Positions 6,072 to 15,160 of a stretch of 25,710 nt of DNA are shown here, piece after piece. The position numbers and the translations under genes were made by a program. The notes beneath the pieces are model-generated. The model made no database searches and was not told where the DNA came from. It saw only the letters and a program-made list of their open reading frames with translations. The stretch is from a virus (lineage: Duplodnaviria; Heunggongvirae; Uroviricota; Caudoviricetes), in the IMG/VR virus record IMGVR_UViG_3300043410_000715, positions 1 to 25,710 of that record; one strand, 5' to 3'. Position 1 is the stretch's first letter. Each line of letters begins with the position of its first letter.

Positions 6072-9000
6072 TTATGAAGTTGGTGCCTTCATAATGAAGA
6101 ACTTCACAACAGGTGCGCTACTAATAGTATCTAATGCTCTGACATTTATATAGAAAGAAGTACCAGTAAAATAATAAGCACTTACCATAAAATACGTAGA
6201 GTATGTACCAGAAATTTGCGCTAAGATATAATCATCGGCACTAACCTTATTACATTGAACTACGAATGCTTCAAGGTCATTTGCAGTCCAAGAACTCTTT
6301 GCTAGAGTGATTTGTCCAGTTAGTTGATTTAATGTAACACCTTGACCTGTACCAGTCTGTGTAACAGTACCACCACTAGAATAACCAATTTTGCCTGTAG
6401 CAGTAATATTACCTGCAGTAGCAAAGTCACCGCTGGTATTCAAGTTGGCTAGAGTAGTTCCTGGTTTGTAAAATCTTAATGTTCCGCCGTCATTGTCAAT
6501 TTCAAGTGTTTGTGCTGTGGTCCCTGTTCCAAACATTATTCGGGGTGTACCACCAGCATAGCCTAGATATAAACCAGCAGTTGAAGCCTGTGATTCATCA
6601 AATGCACCAGTAAATCTAGCATAGCCATTGCCTAATACATTAGCTGAAGCAATTAAGTTGCCACTGCTGATGTTGCCCGTGGTGCTCACAGTGTTGCTAC
6701 CATACGCAGCCAAGAATGTAGCTACATTAGAATCACCATATGATGATGTTGCTACAATGCCAGTCAACTGAGAACCATTACCAATAAAATAGTTACCTGT
6801 GACATTGCCTGTAGCACTAAAAACATTAGCAGTTATAACATTGGCACCTGAAATGTTACCACCTGTACCAGTAGAAGTAACAATACTACCCGGTGCAGTT
6901 AAGTTACCGTCATTACCGAATACCCAACTACTTGCTCCTGCATTAATGTTTACATTACCATATTCTGCTAGACCGTTACCCGCGCCGCCACCTGTAATAT
7001 TAACATTACCACCACTGCCACCACCGTAACCACCTTTAAGTTCCGCAATGCCACCGGCTACACTACCTTGGCCGCCTTGAACATTAGCAGTTCCGCCTGT
7101 TGTAGCACCGATGCCGCCTATTAATCTTACTTCAGCACCTGCACTATTGGTACTACGACCACCGGTAATACTAACATCACCGCCACCATCAAATCCTTGA
7201 CCACCTGTAATGTTTATGTAACCACCATAACCAGATCCTCCATCAGCATCACCTGCGTAGATTTTGATATCACCGCCGTTAACATCACTGTCACCGGCCC
7301 ATACATAAACATCGCCACCTTCTCCGCCAGACTGACCAGCCTGACCTTGAATGATTAATCGTTGTGCGTTATAGCCAGACGGTGGGGTAGGTCCAGTGAT
7401 AACTGCCTGATAGTCAATATCACCAAACTGTAATGTTCGTGCTGTTTGACTGCCGCCATTGTGTAAGTTTACAGTTAGTACTGGGAATAACATGCTACCG
7501 TCATTGTTGTATGACCAAGTATAGTTTGTAGTATGGTCACTGGCTTGTGTGTTTAATGTAATGTTACCACTACCATAATCAACACCACCAGTACCTGCTG
7601 TAATAACAACCCCTCCGCCTACGTAGGATCCAGTGGTGTAGCCTGCTGTAATAACAACATTACCACCTTCACGACCTAAATTAATATCACTAGCATTATC
7701 GCCTGCATTGCCGGCTTGTAGTACTACTGAACCACCGTTACCTGCATTTTGCTCGCCTCCGGCGTTAGCACTACCACCAGGAGCACCAGTGATATATACT
7801 GTACCACCGTTACCAGCACCATATATATTACTTGCATACCCACCTTGACCACCATTGATATTAATATCGCCACCATTACCAGCTGGATCTTGAGTATCTG
7901 CACTTCCGCCGTTGCCGGCGTTTATGTCAATTTGACCACCGGTATTATCTGATGTTGTTTTGTCTCCTGCATTCAAGACGATATCATCACCTGCATTAAT
8001 GCGTACATCACCTTGATAGCCACTAGTAATGTTTACAGGCCAACCACTGAAACTTTGTAAGTTTAATTGATTACCATCATCGTCCAACTCCATGACATTT
8101 CGCATCACAGCGTATAGTGTCATTGTAGTAACTGTTACTGAATCTCCTGGACTTTGAACTACATATATAGTAAATGTATCACCATTATATTCAAATCCAT
8201 TATATATTAATTCAGTTGATGAATCGTTGATTGTCAATACAGCAGTACCTGTATTTGCGTACTGCATGTATAACTGTACAAATCTTCTTAGACTACTATA
8301 CGCACCAACTATATCTATTCTACCAGTGCCACTATTGTCTGAGTATGTTGCTGTATTCCATGCACCAGTGAATGTTTGGTCAACTGGAACATTTATTACA
8401 TTGGTTAGTTTGCTGCCCGCACCAGCTTCAACTGCTAAACCATTACCACCTATAATTGACGCAGTACTATGTGTGGCAACTATATTGCCATCATCATAGA
8501 TAGTCCATTGACGATTAGGATTGCCTAGAGTAAGAACACCGGCACCTACTACTAAGTTATCATATGTTACTGATACAATACTACCGCCACCTATATAAGG
8601 AAGCCATGTTGTACCGTTAGCCGGTGTTGTAAATTCACTATCTGTGTATAGTTGTATTTCATTTACTTCTACAGCTTGGAACCACCATGTTTGATTAGCC
8701 TCTACTGTTCCTAACACACCAGATATAGCAACCTTTCCAGTTACTGGACCGGGGAAAGTTGTTGAGTTTAATGTTACAACTACTGTAGTGCTTCCAGTAG
8801 TTATATTACTGATAGTATCATTTAATGCGAAACCTCCAGTAGCCACAGCATTGATGTTGCCGGGAACTGTTAGATTACCATCAGTACCAAATGACCATGT
8901 GTTATTACTTGATACTAGATTCAATGCTTCAGGTATAGCACCGATAGCAAACTGGCTTATAGCCGCCTTAGTTCCGTCACCATCAGAACCTGTGTTACCA

Positions 9001-12000
9001 GCATATGAAACAATTGACGCAGTGCCATCTAAACATACCATTGAGAAGATACCATTGCCGTTACTACCAACCATAGTACCATAAGTGCCAGCGCCCCAGT
9101 TCTCACCATTGCCAGTTACAGTTTCGCCAACACCATAATACATACCATAAGCAGTATATGTAGTTGATGGTAGATTACTACCAATAGTATCATATCCACC
9201 CGTTACATAAGTTCCCGTACCACCTTCTGTTGCACCATCTGTCTGCCACATCACCATTGGGTATGTCTGATTAGTTGGTTCATAGAAAGTCATGAATGGA
9301 TATAGACCACCTGAATCTACGCTAGTTACTATTAGATTACTATCAGCATCAGTATACGCAGTGAATACACAACGAGAAACATCTGTACCTAAGAAGTTAC
9401 CTTGGTCTTGTATATCGCTTGTACCGTCATAGATATAACGCTTTACAAAATTTTGTTCATAACTTGCTTGGCTCATTGTGCCTGTTACTGAGAAGTCAGT
9501 AATACCACCAGAACCGTTAATTGCACCGACTGTAATAGTCATGTTATCAGCAGGTGCCGCGCCACCTAATTCAGTACCCGGTACTGTGATAGTGTCACCT
9601 ACCTGATATCCTGTTCCAGGTACCACACAATCAGCAGAATTCCATTCAGCAGTGTTATAATCTATTGCACCAATTGGATCGTCTAAGTCAAAGAAGAATA
9701 CAGCATCAGTACCACTACCTGTGTGTGTGAAACTGTTGACTTGGAATATGGCTTGTATGCCATTGAAGTTCATGTTGTCTACGATTGTGCCAGGAGCGAA
9801 ATTCTCTTCCAACAATGATACTTCATTGGTAGCAAACGCAGTTTGAATATCACTGATTGATGTGCGTTGTGTATCTCCGTTATACAAGACTACATCAATA
9901 TAGTTTCTTATGAAATAGAATATACTTTCTGTATCAAGTGGAGTTGAAGTACTAGTGCCATACAAATTAACAATCGCAGTGATGTTTGAACCGTCGATGC
10001 CTGTTACAATAAAGTTGTCATCGTCCGTGTCAGTTGTTGGGTTTGAGCCACTGATATCTGAACTTCTTGACAATACAATCTGATTGATAGATGGATCGTC
10101 ACCTGATATCTGATTTAATACAGCATAGAATCCACGATATGCAAAACTGCCTATTGATTTGATAACACCTGGTACTGTGAATGAACCGTCGCTATCAAAT
10201 CTCCATCGTTGTGAACTACTTGCCCAAATATCAACTGGCTTACTAGCAGTAGTACCTAAACGAACACCACCTTCAGAACCAGGCTCAATATCAAACTGTA
10301 CATCTAAGTTGATAAAGCCACTCTCGTTGTTAGAAAGAATCTGTCCTGTACTAGTAGTGTTAGCACTACCTGCTGGTATAATTAATGCACCATATCTATC
10401 AAATCTTAAACTAGCATTTACAGCATTTGCGTTATTGTTTTGATTTAATCCAACATAAAGACCACCGTCATTCAAGAATAATGTATTGCGTAATACATCG
10501 CTGTTATCAAACACATTACCAACATCACTGGCGTCTGACCAATCTAATTCAGGACCACCGTGTTCTGGATCTGATCCATATGACAATAATGTTGTATAGC
10601 CGTTGTTAGTTAATAAACGACCATAACCACCTGATGCGTAAGCACCACCTGGCATTTGTATATCACCAGTAGGTGTAAAGTGGAATATGCTATCACCTGT
10701 GCGAATGTCTACAGTATCACCTTTTAATTCTAAGTCGTTGTATTCTGGTGAGTAAGCAAACCCGCCAGTAGTGTATGCAGTCCAATCTGTACCAGATGTT
10801 GGTATAGTACAAGCCGCATCATTAAATAATTGGAACGCATTCACCTCCACTGCTCTATAGTATCTTGTACCATTCGCTTGTGTAGCACCTGTAACTCCTG
10901 TAATTGTTACTCGTCCAGTTACTGCATCAGAGAATGGACTACTATCAAGAGTAACGATAACAGTCGGGTCACCTGTAGTTATATATGTAATAGCACCGCC
11001 GAACGGGAAGCCACCACTTAGTGAACTAGTGATACTTCCAGGGACTACTAAATTGCCACTAGTGTCAAGTACCATTGGATGTGCATTAGTACCGTCATAT
11101 GATGACATGATGATATTACCAGTACTGCTCACTTGAACATACTTGTTGTCATCGCCAAAGTATTGGTCGTAAGAAGTATTGTCACCTGTGTCAAAGTGAA
11201 TGTGACTATCAACATCACCTGCACGAACTTGTAGATATTTCAAGTTAGCAGTATCATCTGGAGATGGAGACAATTGTAAACCAAACCCAGATACACCTTG
11301 AACTGCTACATTATCAAATGTTACATTGCCTGTGTTTCCACTTCCACCAGCAGACCAGCTTAAATTACCAGTGCCATCTGTAGTCAACACTTGACCATCC
11401 ATACCTGCATCTGCTGGTAAGTTCAATGAGTAGTTACCTGTTGCGCCGCTACCAGTAATTGTTGCAGTGTATAATCCATTCAAGAAATTAAACTTAGTTC
11501 CTGTAACTTGATTAGTTAGAATGTTACCTGAACTTGCATTGACAGCAGTTCCAGTACCAGTAGCATACAATGTGCCGCCTCTAATAGTACCAGTAGCAGT
11601 AACTAATCCATTAGTAACTATATTACCTCCAATGACATTTCCAGTAGCTGAAACATTACCAGCAGAATTGATATTACCCCCACCTACATTGCCTGTCGCT
11701 GTAACCGTACCAGCAGTACCGATATTACCTATATTAGCATTGCCTGCAACAGATATATTGCCCGGAGTTGTCAAATTGCCTGTGTTGTCAAAAATAAAAT
11801 TCTTCAATGAACCTGAGTTGACACCGGTAGTGATTTGAACATTACCGTATGTATTGGTTACTTGAGCAGGAACTGTTGTGTTACCGTTACTAGGCAACAC
11901 AAGTGCGGCTGTTGCGCCGTGTGTTAAGTCAGCGTTTTCAACAACAACACCATTCAAATGATATACTTCTGCTGTATCTACTTTTGCAACTGCTAATGCA

Positions 12001-12479
12001 CCTGCAGTTTTATTAAATGTGAAGCCTGTGTTACCACCGAATGAACCTGCATCGTTAAATTGAATTTGAGTGTTAGAACCACCAGGACTACCGTTTCCAC
12101 CTCCACCACCTGTTTGTGCAGTCCAACTTAAATTACCTGCACCGTCTGTTTGTAGAACATAACCATTAGTACCACCTTGAATGCTAACATCAGATACATC
12201 AGGTAAAACTGTAGTACCAGTGACAGTCAATCCTGTTAATGTACCAACACTTGTAATGTTAGGTTGTGCGGCATTGGCGACACTATATGCTATAGTTGAA
12301 ACGAATGCTGGTGGTAAAGTGTTACCTGCTTGTAACAAAGTAAAGTTAGCAATGTTACCTACTGCTACTTTGTCTGTTGTTGCAGTTCCTGTTGTATTAA
12401 CTACAGGAAGAATTGTACTTGCAGATAATCCATTACCGATGCTTGGCAGTTGTGTTATTTTAATTGTTGCGTTTGCCAT
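6072..12479 (-). CDS. Large modular tail-fibre / virion adhesin-like protein (2135 aa)
   Basis: G/T/N/S/V-rich. Contains an N-terminal KITQLP..ILPVV motif, AQPNITSVGTL, TDG.GNLSW, GGSNTQIQFND, 17-aa GNV.GGN repeats, Gly-rich GG-x-V-x-I-x-AG repeats and repeated W.F..DG.L..PG linkers. Confidence 0.8.
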   Translation of the reverse strand: MANATIKITQLPSIGNGLSASTILPVVNTTGTATTDKVAVGNIANFTLLQAGNTLPPAFVSTIAYSVANAAQPNITSVGTLTGLTVTGTTVLPDVSDVSIQGGTNGYVLQTDGAGNLSWTAQTGGGGGNGSPGGSNTQIQFNDAGSFGGNTGFTFNKTAGALAVAKVDTAEVYHLNGVVVENADLTHGATAALVLPSNGNTTVPAQVTNTYGNVQITTGVNSGSLKNFIFDNTGNLTTPGNISVAGNANIGNIGTAGTVTATGNVGGGNINSAGNVSATGNVIGGNIVTNGLVTATGTIRGGTLYATGTGTAVNASSGNILTNQVTGTKFNFLNGLYTATITGSGATGNYSLNLPADAGMDGQVLTTDGTGNLSWSAGGSGNTGNVTFDNVAVQGVSGFGLQLSPSPDDTANLKYLQVRAGDVDSHIHFDTGDNTSYDQYFGDDNKYVQVSSTGNIIMSSYDGTNAHPMVLDTSGNLVVPGSITSSLSGGFPFGGAITYITTGDPTVIVTLDSSPFSDAVTGRVTITGVTGATQANGTRYYRAVEVNAFQLFNDAACTIPTSGTDWTAYTTGGFAYSPEYNDLELKGDTVDIRTGDSIFHFTPTGDIQMPGGAYASGGYGRLLTNNGYTTLLSYGSDPEHGGPELDWSDASDVGNVFDNSDVLRNTLFLNDGGLYVGLNQNNNANAVNASLRFDRYGALIIPAGSANTTSTGQILSNNESGFINLDVQFDIEPGSEGGVRLGTTASKPVDIWASSSQRWRFDSDGSFTVPGVIKSIGSFAYRGFYAVLNQISGDDPSINQIVLSRSSDISGSNPTTDTDDDNFIVTGIDGSNITAIVNLYGTSTSTPLDTESIFYFIRNYIDVVLYNGDTQRTSISDIQTAFATNEVSLLEENFAPGTIVDNMNFNGIQAIFQVNSFTHTGSGTDAVFFFDLDDPIGAIDYNTAEWNSADCVVPGTGYQVGDTITVPGTELGGAAPADNMTITVGAINGSGGITDFSVTGTMSQASYEQNFVKRYIYDGTSDIQDQGNFLGTDVSRCVFTAYTDADSNLIVTSVDSGGLYPFMTFYEPTNQTYPMVMWQTDGATEGGTGTYVTGGYDTIGSNLPSTTYTAYGMYYGVGETVTGNGENWGAGTYGTMVGSNGNGIFSMVCLDGTASIVSYAGNTGSDGDGTKAAISQFAIGAIPEALNLVSSNNTWSFGTDGNLTVPGNINAVATGGFALNDTISNITTGSTTVVVTLNSTTFPGPVTGKVAISGVLGTVEANQTWWFQAVEVNEIQLYTDSEFTTPANGTTWLPYIGGGSIVSVTYDNLVVGAGVLTLGNPNRQWTIYDDGNIVATHSTASIIGGNGLAVEAGAGSKLTNVINVPVDQTFTGAWNTATYSDNSGTGRIDIVGAYSSLRRFVQLYMQYANTGTAVLTINDSSTELIYNGFEYNGDTFTIYVVQSPGDSVTVTTMTLYAVMRNVMELDDDGNQLNLQSFSGWPVNITSGYQGDVRINAGDDIVLNAGDKTTSDNTGGQIDINAGNGGSADTQDPAGNGGDININGGQGGYASNIYGAGNGGTVYITGAPGGSANAGGEQNAGNGGSVVLQAGNAGDNASDINLGREGGNVVITAGYTTGSYVGGGVVITAGTGGVDYGSGNITLNTQASDHTTNYTWSYNNDGSMLFPVLTVNLHNGGSQTARTLQFGDIDYQAVITGPTPPSGYNAQRLIIQGQAGQSGGEGGDVYVWAGDSDVNGGDIKIYAGDADGGSGYGGYINITGGQGFDGGGDVSITGGRSTNSAGAEVRLIGGIGATTGGTANVQGGQGSVAGGIAELKGGYGGGSGGNVNITGGGAGNGLAEYGNVNINAGASSWVFGNDGNLTAPGSIVTSTGTGGNISGANVITANVFSATGNVTGNYFIGNGSQLTGIVATSSYGDSNVATFLAAYGSNTVSTTGNISSGNLIASANVLGNGYARFTGAFDESQASTAGLYLGYAGGTPRIMFGTGTTAQTLEIDNDGGTLRFYKPGTTLANLNTSGDFATAGNITATGKIGYSSGGTVTQTGTGQGVTLNQLTGQITLAKSSWTANDLEAFVVQCNKVSADDYILAQISGTYSTYFMVSAYYFTGTSFYINVRALDTISSAPVVKFFIMKAPTS

Positions 12480-12492
12480 TTATATTTCCTAA

Positions 12493-14022
12493 TTATGCGA
12501 ATGTCGCTCCGTTGTTGCCAATGCAGAACCATTTGCCATTAACATACTGTAATGTGCATGATTGTCCCACTGCTGAAAATGTGATTGTTCCTGTTCCACT
12601 TGCTTTCCAGCCTGCGTTAGTAACAGTGATTACCATATTGCCACCGTGTGCAACTGTCATAAATGTTTTGATTTGACCTTCTGTGCCTGCGGCTAATGTT
12701 CCCGTCCATGCACCTGTTGTGCTGAAATAACTTGGTACTACTGTTAAACTCGCCGCTGCCCCGTTTGTCATGTCATCTGAACCACTAGCAATTACTTTAC
12801 CGGCTGTTACTAAATTACCACCGATGACGTTACCAGTTGAAGTTACAATACCAGCAGTAGTTAAGTTACCACCGATGACGTTACCAGTTGAAGTTACAAT
12901 ACCAGCAGTAGTTAAGTTACCACCGATGACGTTACCAGTAGATGATACAATTCCTGCAGTTTTTAAATTACCACCTTGAATGTTACCAGTAGCAGTGATT
13001 ATACCTGCTGTGCCGATGTTACCAATGTTAGCGTTACCAGATACACTCAATGTACCTGAAATGTTTGACCCAGTACCAGTGACTGTCAATATGTTTGCAT
13101 TACCAGCACTACTGATAGTTACGTTACCACTAGCACCGATAATGTCAACGTTACTGGTGCCATTAGCAATAGATGACACAGTGATATCACCCGCTGATAA
13201 ATTACCAGTAACAGTTAAATTACCTATTGTAACGTTGCCAGGCAACGTTGGGTTTGTTGGGATTTCAACACTGATTGTACCAGTTGTTGTGATTGGGCTA
13301 TTTGTGACGTTTAATGTTGAACTAGATATTCCGATACTAGTTACGGTTCCACCTAACGTAACTGTAGAAACAGTGATGTTACCGTTACTTGAACTTAAAC
13401 TGATACCAGATCCAGCATTCAATCTAGTAACACCAGTGTTAATAATATTAATATTACCGTTGCCAGTGATAGGGCTTCCTGAAATCTGTAGTCCAGGGCC
13501 ACTAGTAGTCACGCCCACGCTAGTGACTGTACCTAATGTTGCACCATTTGCAATATTAGTGATTCTACCATATCCATCAACAGTGATGCTTGGGTATGAA
13601 TATGAACCCTGTACGTTAGCAATTGCTGGTAAGTTGAGTGTTATATTCCCTGCACTAACAATAGGAGATCCAGATACTGTTAATGTACCTGATAACACGC
13701 CTACACTAGTAACTGTGCCACCGCTACCATTACCACCACCTGTACTTGAAATTGTAACGTTTCCGTTAGCTTGGTCAACAATGATACCAGTACCAGCTAT
13801 GATGCTAGTTACACCGGTGTTTGTTATATCAACTGTTCCCGCTACAGCATTTGATGATGTTGAAATACCAGTATTACCAGTAAATGTAACGAATGGACTG
13901 GCTGTGCTGAAAAGCGTTGAAAAGTTGTTTTTTGTCTTAGCAAATGCTACATACAACGAATCACTGTTTGCGGATTCGTTTGGTAAGCCAATTCTAATTA
14001 ATTCTTGCCCAGAAATTGCCAT
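12493..14022 (-). CDS. Tail-fibre / baseplate-attached fibre-like protein (509 aa)
   Basis: The N-terminus (IRIG...DSLYVAFAKTKNNFSTLF) resembles T4 gp9/gp10-type anchors. Also has GTVTSVG repeats, ITVDGYGRIT and 17-aa GNVIGGNL repeats. Confidence 0.8.
   Translation of the reverse strand: MAISGQELIRIGLPNESANSDSLYVAFAKTKNNFSTLFSTASPFVTFTGNTGISTSSNAVAGTVDITNTGVTSIIAGTGIIVDQANGNVTISSTGGGNGSGGTVTSVGVLSGTLTVSGSPIVSAGNITLNLPAIANVQGSYSYPSITVDGYGRITNIANGATLGTVTSVGVTTSGPGLQISGSPITGNGNINIINTGVTRLNAGSGISLSSSNGNITVSTVTLGGTVTSIGISSSTLNVTNSPITTTGTISVEIPTNPTLPGNVTIGNLTVTGNLSAGDITVSSIANGTSNVDIIGASGNVTISSAGNANILTVTGTGSNISGTLSVSGNANIGNIGTAGIITATGNIQGGNLKTAGIVSSTGNVIGGNLTTAGIVTSTGNVIGGNLTTAGIVTSTGNVIGGNLVTAGKVIASGSDDMTNGAAASLTVVPSYFSTTGAWTGTLAAGTEGQIKTFMTVAHGGNMVITVTNAGWKASGTGTITFSAVGQSCTLQYVNGKWFCIGNNGATFA
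12815..12939. repeat. Perfect 51-bp in-frame tandem repeat (2 full copies plus 23 bp)
   Basis: ttaccaccgatgacgttaccagttgaagttacaataccagcagtagttaag starts at 12815 and 12866, with a partial copy at 12917. It encodes GNVIGGNLTTAGIVTST. Confidence 0.92.
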
Positions 14023-14023
14023 A

Positions 14024-14062
14024 ATTTAATCCTTATTGAGTATTTATCAATAAGGACTAAAT
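14024..14062 (-). promoter_or_regulatory. RBS-sequestering hairpin with late-promoter core TAAATA in its loop
   Basis: Minus-strand RNA AUUUAGUCCUUAUUGA-uaaauac-UCAAUAAGGAUUAAAU forms 16 bp with one G-U pair. SD AAGGA is in the 3' arm, which ends 1 nt before ATG 14022. Confidence 0.8.
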
Positions 14063-14073
14063 GGTCTGGGCTG

Positions 14074-14400
14074 TTACACGCTGAAACTACTCCCGCAACC
14101 GCAGGTACTTGATGCTTGTGGGTTTTTGATACTGAATCTCGACCCACTCAAATCGTCTATAAAATCAATTTCAGCACCGTTTACATACTGTGCTGACATA
14201 CTATCAACTAGTACACTTGTGGATCCTGCGGAGACCTCAAAATCATCTTCATTTTGTTCTTCGTCTAGTGTAAATCCATAACTAAAGCCAGCGCATCCGC
14301 CACCTTGAATGAACATTCGTAGTCGTAGATTTGGGTTGTTTTCTTCCGCTAATACGTCGGCTATTTTTTGTTGTGCTGATTCGGTTATTGTTAGATTCAT
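14074..14400 (-). CDS. erpA: A-type Fe-S cluster carrier / insertion protein (ErpA/IscA family)
   Basis: GGGCAGFSYGF and C-terminal TCGCGSSF retain the three conserved Cys. NPNLRLRMFIQGGGC and SVLVDSMS are ErpA-like. Confidence 0.93.
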   Translation of the reverse strand: MNLTITESAQQKIADVLAEENNPNLRLRMFIQGGGCAGFSYGFTLDEEQNEDDFEVSAGSTSVLVDSMSAQYVNGAEIDFIDDLSGSRFSIKNPQASSTCGCGSSFSV

Positions 14401-14419
14401 AATGTTTTCCTATATTTGA

Positions 14420-14426
14420 TATTTAT
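14420..14426 (-). promoter_or_regulatory. Candidate late promoter core ATAAATA upstream of erpA
   Basis: Overlaps the upstream stop codon, about 20 nt before the erpA ATG, with RBS AGGA in between. Confidence 0.5.
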
Positions 14427-15160
14427 TGCTGTAGTCGTTCTAAGATTGCTTTTGCAAAAGTAGAATTGGAATTGATTCCTGCATGACTCAAATCTCTCGC
14501 TTTATCTATCGTTCGCATTGTAAAATTTTCCATATCGTATGGGACTTGCCCGCTGATATTACATGTTATAAGTCTAGTTTGTGATTCTACTACAGTACGT
14601 ATTAAATCAACTGTAAATTTTACCCGAGCATTAAAAAATCCGGATAAATCGCCGCTTGCAATAAATTTCATTTTATCTGGATCTTTTTCCCAAGACCCGC
14701 TAGTTATACCGTGTTTAAATTCATCATTGTATGTTATATATCTACTGCAATCGGGCCATTGTATGAATACAATTTTAGGTTTCTTTTTTACTTTAGCGAA
14801 CCAGGTTAATAAGTTATATTCTAGTACATCTATACCCGTAGCGGGCATTGCTAAATTGTAATAATCACAATTTAATTGCTGACTTACTAAGTAAGGGTAT
14901 GTTTTTTCTAATTCTATTCCAACACCAGATGTATGACTACATCCAGTGAATAATACATAATTGTCTAAATCTATATCCTGCAAATCTTTTGACCTATGAC
15001 CGTAGCTGTTATAAGCATATTCAATTGGTTTGTTAATATAATACCAATCCGGTGGCTGTGATTTTTTGTTTTTTTCAAACTGTTCTTCACTATCCTCACC
15101 TGCAAACATCATTTGAATATTGGCGAAATCTTCTCCTAGGAAATCTTCATAAAATTTCAT
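14423..15160 (-). CDS. SGNH/GDSL-hydrolase-like protein
   Basis: Block I-like LFTGCSHTSG, then YNLAMPATG, VFIQWP and a C-terminal RDLSH (DxxH). Confidence 0.7.
   Translation of the reverse strand: MKFYEDFLGEDFANIQMMFAGEDSEEQFEKNKKSQPPDWYYINKPIEYAYNSYGHRSKDLQDIDLDNYVLFTGCSHTSGVGIELEKTYPYLVSQQLNCDYYNLAMPATGIDVLEYNLLTWFAKVKKKPKIVFIQWPDCSRYITYNDEFKHGITSGSWEKDPDKMKFIASGDLSGFFNARVKFTVDLIRTVVESQTRLITCNISGQVPYDMENFTMRTIDKARDLSHAGINSNSTFAKAILERLQQ

Noticed and set aside
12815-12939. 51-bp repeat as a CRISPR array
   Set aside because: There are no spacers, it is in frame within a CDS, and no cas genes are present.
12980-14029. 349-aa + strand ORF antisense to the fibre gene, plus the other + strand ORFs within 6072-14022
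   Set aside because: These are shadow frames produced by the G/T/N/V-rich codon bias of the fibre genes. They have no RBS and no recognisable motifs.
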